The position numbers and the translations under genes were made by a program. A stretch of 64,000 nucleotides of DNA, taken from the NCBI GenBank assembly GCA_964426555.1, contig CAYRQJ010000004.1:19109-83108 (forward strand), written 5' to 3'. The notes beneath the pieces were generated by a model. The model had not been told where the DNA came from and did not search any database. It saw only the letters and a list, made by a program, of their open reading frames with translations. The DNA is from an uncultured Candidatus Saccharibacteria bacterium (GTDB taxonomy: Bacteria; Patescibacteriota; Minisyncoccia; Phycocordibacterales; UBA9973). Within the stretch, counting starts at the first letter, position 1; the number at the start of each line of letters is the position of its first letter. Positions 57,304 through 64,000 of this stretch are shown piece by piece.

Positions 57304-58218
57304 TTACTTCTTCTTATTTAATTTTTTCTTTTCAGAATATTCATGCATCATCACAAGTACTGGTGAAGCCAAGAATATTGAAGAATATGTCCCAAAGAAC
57401 ATTCCAGCAGTTAGCATTATAGCTAATAGTCTTGTAGCTTGTGGACCCCATATAGCAAGTGCTACTAACGCTAATATAACAACAAGAGATGTCATAATTG
57501 AGCGATGGTAAACTTCAGAGATACTTTTACCAACAACTTCTGAGAAAGGTGCATTTGTTTTATTTGTATTTAAATTCTCACGAATTCTATCAAACACAAC
57601 AATAGTATCTGAAACTGAAAGCCCTAGAATTGTTAATATTGAAACAACAAACAATGTATCTACTTCTACGTTGTAAATTTTAGAAACAATTACAAATACT
57701 CCTACTGGAATTAATACATCGTGTAGTAATGTGATTATTGCAGTAACACCATATTTCCAAGATTTTACAGGATAAGACACTTTTCTAAAAGAAAATGCAA
57801 TAAACAATACAATTCCCAAAGATACAAGAATAATTGAAGTTATAGATTTGCGTACCAATTCTTTTCCAACTGATGGACCAATTGTAGTATAACCACGAAC
57901 TTCCATACCAGTAAATTTTGCATTAATTTGATTTGTTATATTTTCTCTTTCTGCAGGAGTAACTTCACGCATTTTTAAAATATAACCATCAGCTCCATAT
58001 GGCTGAACATGGATTTCATTTGCTGTATCCCCCGCCAAAAATGCAGTTACATCTTCTACTGCTGGTTTCGCTCCATTAGCCCATCCAATTTCTATAGACG
58101 TACCGCCTTTGAAATCAATACCAGCCTTAAAACCAAAAACAATAACGCTGGTAATTGCTAATACAGTTAATATAGCCGAAATTAATACAAAGATTTTTTT
58201 GTGTTTAATTATATACAT
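57304..58218 (-). CDS. secF: Protein translocase subunit SecF
   Basis: GIDFKGG, IGPSVG.EL, LLHDV, SDTIVVFDRIRE, GTYSSIFLA. Confidence 0.97.
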   Translation of the reverse strand: MYIIKHKKIFVLISAILTVLAITSVIVFGFKAGIDFKGGTSIEIGWANGAKPAVEDVTAFLAGDTANEIHVQPYGADGYILKMREVTPAERENITNQINAKFTGMEVRGYTTIGPSVGKELVRKSITSIILVSLGIVLFIAFSFRKVSYPVKSWKYGVTAIITLLHDVLIPVGVFVIVSKIYNVEVDTLFVVSILTILGLSVSDTIVVFDRIRENLNTNKTNAPFSEVVGKSISEVYHRSIMTSLVVILALVALAIWGPQATRLLAIMLTAGMFFGTYSSIFLASPVLVMMHEYSEKKKLNKKK

Positions 58219-58223
58219 AAAGA

Positions 58224-59591
58224 TTAAATTTTTGTCTTAGCATTTCTAAATCCTGAACCAAAGATAAATTGTGCAAATTTACCTTCGCGTCCTAACGGCA
58301 TAGCGCGGAAGAATGCTTTACTAATAATATAAGACACAAGTAATGAAACTAATGTTCCCAAGAAAAATGTAAACGCAAAAGATTTAATCAAAGTAGTACC
58401 TGCAGAATAAAGAATAAATCCTGTGATAAGTGACGAGAAGTTTGAATCACGAACTGAACTCCATGCTCGTGCAAAACCAGCATTTAAACCGTCACGTATA
58501 GTACCACCATGACGAATTTCTTCTTTCATTCGCTCAAACACAAGAATGTTTGAATCCACTGCAATACCCAAAGATATAATAAACCCAGCAATACCAGCAG
58601 CGGTTAGTGTAACTGGCCAAAGCTTGAAAACAAATAGCATTATTGCAGTATAAATTGCTAAATTTAGTACTGCTATTACTCCTGAAAAACGGTACCACAG
58701 TATCATACACAGTGCGATAAGCAGGAATCCAATTGCCCCAGCTTTTACCCCAGCATTTGTTGCTGCTGTTCCCAGTGTTGCCCCAATGTTATTTGTAGAA
58801 ACAAGTTCTATTGGTACAGGTAATGCTCCTGAATTTAGTCGGCGTGCTAAGTCTTGTGCTTCTTTTACTGTAAAGCCTCCACTAATTACGGCTTGTCCAC
58901 CAGTAATTTCTTCATTCACTGTTGGAGCTGAAATAATACTTCCGTCTAAATAAATTGCAATAGTTTTACCAATACTTGCTTTTGTTATATCGGCAAATAA
59001 TTTTGAGCCTTCATCATTCCAAGTAATAGAAATAGTAGGTCTTCCAGTAGTACTGTCAAAGACTACTTCTGCGCGTTTTAAGAATCGGCCATCAAGTCCT
59101 GAAGATGTATATTGATCAATACTGCCTAAATCCAACTGCCCATCAGCTCCAACTTTTACTTCAATAGGAGCATCTTTGTTTCTTTCAACTTTAAATTCAA
59201 GAATTGGAGTTTGACCAATCAATGCTACAGCTTGAGCAACGTCTGTTACTCCGGGTAATTCAATAGCTAATCTTTCTTCATTACCATTTGCAAAAGACCC
59301 AGCTTCTGTGCGAACAACTGCTTCGGAAACTCCAAAGGCATTTACACGACGTTCAATAATTTCACGTAGTGATGTCATTGCATTACCAACATCAGTTGCT
59401 GGAATTTTTGAAACATCAGCTTTGTAAACTAGTTGTGTCCCACCTGAAAGATCCAAGCCCAGTTTAAATGGCTTGTTCATAAATCCAGTATGAGTTTGAC
59501 CGGACAATTTTGGTTCACTAGCGTAAATAAAATATCCAATTCCTACTGCCAAAACCAGTAGTAGTAGCGCGGCGATTCTTTTCTTGATCAT
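58224..59591 (-). CDS. secD: Protein translocase subunit SecD
   Basis: LGLDLSGG, RVNAFGVSE, SGALPVP, AVDSNILVFERMKEE. Confidence 0.97.
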   Translation of the reverse strand: MIKKRIAALLLLVLAVGIGYFIYASEPKLSGQTHTGFMNKPFKLGLDLSGGTQLVYKADVSKIPATDVGNAMTSLREIIERRVNAFGVSEAVVRTEAGSFANGNEERLAIELPGVTDVAQAVALIGQTPILEFKVERNKDAPIEVKVGADGQLDLGSIDQYTSSGLDGRFLKRAEVVFDSTTGRPTISITWNDEGSKLFADITKASIGKTIAIYLDGSIISAPTVNEEITGGQAVISGGFTVKEAQDLARRLNSGALPVPIELVSTNNIGATLGTAATNAGVKAGAIGFLLIALCMILWYRFSGVIAVLNLAIYTAIMLFVFKLWPVTLTAAGIAGFIISLGIAVDSNILVFERMKEEIRHGGTIRDGLNAGFARAWSSVRDSNFSSLITGFILYSAGTTLIKSFAFTFFLGTLVSLLVSYIISKAFFRAMPLGREGKFAQFIFGSGFRNAKTKI

Positions 59592-59742
59592 AGAAATAAT
59601 ACCTGTATATAACGAAAACTATCTAATAACTACAAAACTATATCATAAAATATGGCTTAAATCTACCTTGTTTGAGTTATATATAAACTTGCTTTTTATT
59701 TTAATCTATGGTATAATACTACTTAATAAATAACCCAAACAA

Positions 59743-60192
59743 ATGAAAAAAATTATATTTGTGCTTTTAATAGCACTCAACGGAAGCGCAGTATTTGCGC
59801 AAAAAAATGAAACCAGTATTTCAGCTGGTTTCACGTTAGCTCCACAAGCAGCATTTAACCCTAATGCCCCATCTGATGGATTCAAATATTTAGTTAATCT
59901 GTTCCCGCAGGTAACTATTGCTAAAGGGAAAATGTTTGCTGTTGGATTTTATTCAATAGCTTTTAATAACTTTGGAGCTGCCATTGGAATAAACCCAACT
60001 CCTAAACTTACTAGCTATTTAGTTGGCTTTAAATCAACAATGACTAGCAATAATTACTTGGGTGCTGGAATTGGTACCCCTTTAGCAAGTGGTCGGGCAA
60101 CCGGATTCATAGAATTTGGATCCAGTATGAAAAACTGGACGCCAGCATTCTATATCGGTATGTTTATACCGTTTACCGTAAAGCTACGATAG
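59743..60192 (+). CDS. Secreted protein with alternating beta-strand pattern (small beta-barrel-like)
   Basis: Signal peptide ending VFA-Q; amphipathic strands; C-terminal FYIGMFIPF; own TTGCTT-17-TATAAT promoter. Confidence 0.7.
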   Translation: MKKIIFVLLIALNGSAVFAQKNETSISAGFTLAPQAAFNPNAPSDGFKYLVNLFPQVTIAKGKMFAVGFYSIAFNNFGAAIGINPTPKLTSYLVGFKSTMTSNNYLGAGIGTPLASGRATGFIEFGSSMKNWTPAFYIGMFIPFTVKLR

Positions 60193-60218
60193 CTAAAAAA
60201 TTCACACATCTAGCAGGA

Positions 60219-60791
60219 TTAATCATCCTGCTTTTTTCTTTGTAAAAATTTGTCTTCCAGCCTTAATAATACATGTGATACTGTAATACCGACTATAATT
60301 CCCGCAACAATATCTACTGGAAAATGAACACCAGCAATAATTCGTGCCAGCATTATACAAATAGATGCATAAATTATTGGCATAGCTCGTTTACCACGCA
60401 TGCGATACATTACATAAGATAATGCAGCAAACATTGTAGCGTGGCCAGATGGCATAGAATCCATTCCCCTATGGATAAACAATGGCTGTAAATTTTCATA
60501 TACCAAAAATGGTCTTGGTGCTCCAATAATACCTTTTAAAAATTCGGTAATACCCCACGCAATAACAATTATTATAAATATCCGAATTAATTCATGAATT
60601 ACTTTTTTTACTTGGTACAGAATGCGAAGCCCTGGATAATCTTTATTCATTCGAGAAAGTATTAAAATAACTGCAAAAATTATTACTACGTATTGCAAAT
60701 ACTGTGCGCAAAATATAACAATAGCATCAAAAACTGGGTCTCTCCAAGCTAATGAATGTAATAAATTAAAAATATAACTATTTATTCCCAT
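60219..60791 (-). CDS. PAP2-family phosphatase (undecaprenyl-PP phosphatase-like)
   Basis: K....PRP, SMPSGH and ARIIAGVHFPVD motifs. Confidence 0.92.
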   Translation of the reverse strand: MGINSYIFNLLHSLAWRDPVFDAIVIFCAQYLQYVVIIFAVILILSRMNKDYPGLRILYQVKKVIHELIRIFIIIVIAWGITEFLKGIIGAPRPFLVYENLQPLFIHRGMDSMPSGHATMFAALSYVMYRMRGKRAMPIIYASICIMLARIIAGVHFPVDIVAGIIVGITVSHVLLRLEDKFLQRKKQDD

Positions 60792-60792
60792 A

Positions 60793-61638
60793 TTATTTTT
60801 TGTTTTTAGCTACTAATACTACATTATTCATCAAACATGCCACAGTTACGGGTCCAACACCACCCGGGGTTGGGGTTATAAAGCTACATTTATCTTTCAA
60901 ACTTTCAAAATCAGCGTCCCCTACTAATTCTCCACTAACTTCCAGTGTTCCAGCATCTATTACTATTACCCCATCGCGCACGTCTTCTCCCTGTAATATA
61001 TTAGGACTACCTACTGCGGTTATTACAACATCAGCTTTATTTAGAATTTCTTTTTTTCTAGCATCATCAGTTTTTCGGTCAATAATATTTACAACAGCAT
61101 TTGTTTGTTTTAACAAATGTACTATTGGTTTACCCACTAATTTACCATGTCCAATTATGGCAATATTTTTATTTTCTAAATCAGGCAAAACAAAATTTAA
61201 TATTTTCAATACAGCGTTGGCTGTGGGCATTATTAATGTATCTGTACTATTTTTATTTTCATAAAAAACTTCATCATATTTAGTAGATAACCCATCCACA
61301 TCTAAATGAACTGGGATAGAATCTAATACTGCTTTGGTATCAATACCATCTGGCAATGGTAATTGTACAATTATCCCACACATATTGGGACGTAAAGATA
61401 TTTCATGAATTTTAGAAATTATTTCGTTTGTTGTAATATCTTCATTTAAATTTGCATCAACAAATTCTATACCAATATCACCCGCAATACGTTTTTTCAT
61501 ATTTACATAGCGCACTGACGGGCCATCTTGCCCAACTAAAATATCAGAAAATTCAGGAGTAAAATCTAAACTAGCGATTTGTTTTTTTAAATCACCTAAT
61601 AATTCTTTACTAAATTCACGCCCATTAAATACCACCAT
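60793..61638 (-). CDS. folD: Methylenetetrahydrofolate dehydrogenase/cyclohydrolase
   Basis: YVNMK, GIIVQLPLP, DVDGL, VGKP, TPTPGGVGPVT. Confidence 0.93.
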   Translation of the reverse strand: MVVFNGREFSKELLGDLKKQIASLDFTPEFSDILVGQDGPSVRYVNMKKRIAGDIGIEFVDANLNEDITTNEIISKIHEISLRPNMCGIIVQLPLPDGIDTKAVLDSIPVHLDVDGLSTKYDEVFYENKNSTDTLIMPTANAVLKILNFVLPDLENKNIAIIGHGKLVGKPIVHLLKQTNAVVNIIDRKTDDARKKEILNKADVVITAVGSPNILQGEDVRDGVIVIDAGTLEVSGELVGDADFESLKDKCSFITPTPGGVGPVTVACLMNNVVLVAKNKK

Positions 61639-62782
61639 ATTCTTTATCTACTCCTAAAAATTCTTTATTAATATCGTCCCGATGAAATGATCTTCCATAT
61701 TTGCGCATTGCTTGCAGTATCCCAAGACCAAGAAATGCTGAAACCAGGTGCGACCCACCATAACTCATAAATGGCAATGTAATACCCGTCACAGGCATTA
61801 CGCCCATATTCATACCTATATTTATAACAATATGACTAAAGAATAACAATGCCATTCCAATACCAAAAAGCATTTCAAAATTGCTAGCTCCATACATTGC
61901 TGTCATTAAAATTCGCGTAATTACAATGGTATATAAAATTAATAAGATTACCACCCCAACAAAACCCCATTCTTCTGCAAAGGCTGCAAAAATAAAGTCA
62001 GTCTCATATTCTGGCAAGAATTGTAAACGTGACTGTGTACCAAAACCAAGACCTTTACCAAATGCCTGGCCTGAACCAACAGCAATTGTTGATTGCAAAA
62101 CATTATAACCCGAACCATGAATATCACTTAATGGATTTAAAAATGTATTAATTCTTTTCTTTTGATAATCTTCAAATACAAAGATATACAAACTGGAAAA
62201 CAATATAACCCCAATTACACTAAGAACAATAAGATGTTTTCGAGAAAGTCCTGATGCCATAACCATTCCAAACCATACAACTATCAATATCATCGCTGAA
62301 CCAAAGTCTGGTTGAAAAAATACAAGTAGAAATGGTAGTAGCATATACATTCCAGATACTATAATATGTCTAAAGTTTGCTATTTCAATATGTCTACGTG
62401 AAAAATATTTGGCTAAAATTAAAATCAGAATAATCTTCATTAAATCAACTGGCTGAAATGCAAAATTACCTAATTTAAACCATGATTGTGCCCCATTAGA
62501 AAGATGCCCTACAGCAAAAAGCATTATTAATAAAAATAAACAAATTGTATATATACTTAGAACAGCCCTGGATTTTCTTAAAAATCTTGGGTCAATACTA
62601 CTGGCTAAAAAGAATACAAACAAAGAAATAATTATAGAAATTAACTGTTTATGGAAAAACACATCACTGCCTGATAATGGCCACAATGCTCCAAGTGATG
62701 CTAATAGTATTGGAATAATTGCCAGTAAAAGTACCCAATCTATATTTTTAAATACAGATAGAAAGGATTTATTATTTGACAT
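61625..62782 (-). CDS. rodA: SEDS peptidoglycan polymerase, RodA type
   Basis: GAQSW, FQP, QPDFG, GYNVLQSTIAVGSG, FLPEYETDFIF, TGITLPFMSYGGS. Confidence 0.9.
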   Translation of the reverse strand: MSNNKSFLSVFKNIDWVLLLAIIPILLASLGALWPLSGSDVFFHKQLISIIISLFVFFLASSIDPRFLRKSRAVLSIYTICLFLLIMLFAVGHLSNGAQSWFKLGNFAFQPVDLMKIILILILAKYFSRRHIEIANFRHIIVSGMYMLLPFLLVFFQPDFGSAMILIVVWFGMVMASGLSRKHLIVLSVIGVILFSSLYIFVFEDYQKKRINTFLNPLSDIHGSGYNVLQSTIAVGSGQAFGKGLGFGTQSRLQFLPEYETDFIFAAFAEEWGFVGVVILLILYTIVITRILMTAMYGASNFEMLFGIGMALLFFSHIVINIGMNMGVMPVTGITLPFMSYGGSHLVSAFLGLGILQAMRKYGRSFHRDDINKEFLGVDKEYGGI

Positions 62783-63548
62783 AAGTAAAAGGATTGATTC
62801 TCTTTATTAGCTCGTATCTTTTAGGTGTAGATTTAAATTCATAAGGCCAAGAAAAAAATAGTTCTTCTGAGCTTTTAGATTCCACACTAGCTACAGTTTT
62901 ACTAACTGCAATTGGTTCATCTTTTTCGTCATATACAATTACAATATAATCGGACAGAGGAATTTGTTTTAAAGAATTATTAGTTATATTTACTTTTAAT
63001 CTTTCTGCTCCTAATATAGTTGTTCTATCCCAAAGAGAAACTTCAATTGGTAGTGTGTTTATATTTATATTTGTTTTTTCAAAATAGATTTGGTTTTCAT
63101 CCCAGCTAAATCTTGCGCGTACTGGTACACGGGCCCCGGTACGAACTCCAGATTCAAATACAGCAAATTCACTGGCTGGTGGTATAAATGTACTACCCCG
63201 AACTTCGCTAATTATTTTTCCATCTTGATTATATAATGTAAATTTATAACCTGCATTTTTAGATCCAGCTCCGGATTCTGTAGAAGTAAGCTTGGCAACA
63301 ACATTATAGACATCTTCCGCTACTGGATATACTGCTGCAAAATCTACCTGAGGCAATGCTACAGTTTTTGGACAATATAATCTGCATTGACCGCCACAGT
63401 CTACTCCGGTTTCGGTACCATTTTGTTTTTTATCACTACAAGTTGGTTTTTTAAAAATTACAGGATAAAAAATTACAAACAAAAAAACACAAATGAGTAT
63501 AAAAAAAATACCCAAATAACTCCCCTGTCTTCTTGTTCGCCATGACAT
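62772..63548 (-). CDS. Membrane-anchored hypothetical protein with Cys-rich motif
   Basis: TM helix then PTCSDKKQNGTETGVDCGGQC and two beta-rich domains. Confidence 0.8.
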   Translation of the reverse strand: MSWRTRRQGSYLGIFFILICVFLFVIFYPVIFKKPTCSDKKQNGTETGVDCGGQCRLYCPKTVALPQVDFAAVYPVAEDVYNVVAKLTSTESGAGSKNAGYKFTLYNQDGKIISEVRGSTFIPPASEFAVFESGVRTGARVPVRARFSWDENQIYFEKTNININTLPIEVSLWDRTTILGAERLKVNITNNSLKQIPLSDYIVIVYDEKDEPIAVSKTVASVESKSSEELFFSWPYEFKSTPKRYELIKRINPFTYVK

Positions 63549-63579
63549 ATATTTTTAGTATAACATATAAAAATATAGC

Positions 63580-63617
63580 AAAAAAGACATTTAACCAATT
63601 GGTTAAATGTCTTTTTT
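63580..63617 (-). terminator. rRNA operon terminator (perfect 38-bp palindrome)
   Basis: aaaaaagacatttaaccaa|ttggttaaatgtctttttt just downstream of 5S. Confidence 0.75.
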
Positions 63618-63649
63618 TACTTTCAACTTTACATAAAGTTCATGTCTCT

Positions 63650-63759
63650 GTTCTCCCGACTACCTACTTTCCCAATTAATAGTATCATCGGCACTACAAT
63701 GTTTCACTGCTCTGTTCGGAATGGGAAGAGGTGGTTCCACTGCGTCAAATCAGGAGAAC
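63650..63759 (-). rRNA. rrf: 5S rRNA (compact, about 110 nt)
   Basis: gttctcctga/tcgggagaac terminal helix; CCCATTCCGAAC, GCCGATGATACT, GAAAGTAGGT. Confidence 0.95.
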
Positions 63760-63884
63760 GGAAACCTGAACACCTACATAGAGAATGCAAATTGGCGTTA
63801 TTGTAAACGAGTTCCAAGAAAAAATATAAAACAAACAATATGGTGGTAGCAGAATAAATTCTGCTACCGAAAGTGATCTATATA

Positions 63885-64000
63885 GTTCCTGATAAGATGG
63901 GGTCATTAGTACGCCTTGGCTAAACACAATACTGTGCGTACACCTAGCGCCTATCAACGAAATCATCTCTTACGTCCCTCGTAACGATTTATTATCTTGG
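63885..64000 (-). rRNA. rrl: 23S rRNA 3' end (partial; exact end approximate)
   Basis: cattagtac...tacacctagcgcctatcaac matches the reverse complement of the conserved 23S terminal domain; upstream of 5S. Confidence 0.9.

Noticed and set aside
63845-63868. Hairpin ggtagcagaat-aa-attctgctacc in the 23S-5S spacer as a tRNA or ncRNA
   Set aside because: No cloverleaf; most simply an rRNA spacer or processing structure
788-63966. Numerous short ORF-track entries antisense to or overlapping real genes (e.g. 7058-7555, 11609-12010, 16077-16436, 25939-26445, 50241-50723, 60800-61264, 63745-63966)
   Set aside because: Shadow frames of conserved genes or rRNA; no motifs and no independent expression signals
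1-64000. Alternative genetic code 25 (Gracilibacteria/Absconditabacteria)
   Set aside because: Long conserved genes (rpoB, rpoC, gyrB) are uninterrupted under code 11

Overview
AT-rich bacterial chromosome window with a gene inventory typical of a CPR/Patescibacteria (Parcubacteria-like) genome; this taxonomic call is inferred. Supporting traits are rpsP-khpA-trmD without rimM, trimmed PheRS/ThrS, a hinge-less SMC, a compact 5S rRNA and many apparently leaderless promoters. Core genes: rpoB-rpoC-dnaG-rpoD, rnr, rpmF-nusB-rnc-smc, thrS, gyrB-pyk, pheST, secDF, lemA-htpX, rodA-folD, tRNA-Thr, tRNA-Ser, 5S and the 3' end of 23S rRNA. Accessory content: an 18.2-25.6 kb block of unknown membrane/lipoproteins, two tandem giant fibre/adhesin paralogs with S74-type chaperone domains, an ice-binding protein with a class F sortase, and a small beta-barrel-like secreted protein. 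The most striking unexplained signal is a family of four 117-120 bp elements with TIR TCCCGTTAGAA...TTCTAACGGGA. Each sits at a start codon (gyrB, rnr, rpoD and a thioredoxin-like gene). Three supply the A of the gene's ATG, and three carry an internal uORF that stops in the TIR 4-6 nt before that ATG. Other notable items: 18-bp in-frame palindromic inserts in rpoD and smc, a structured rpoB leader, a NusB-NUDIX fusion, an unannotated 38-aa membrane peptide, and no TGA stops among 45 genes.
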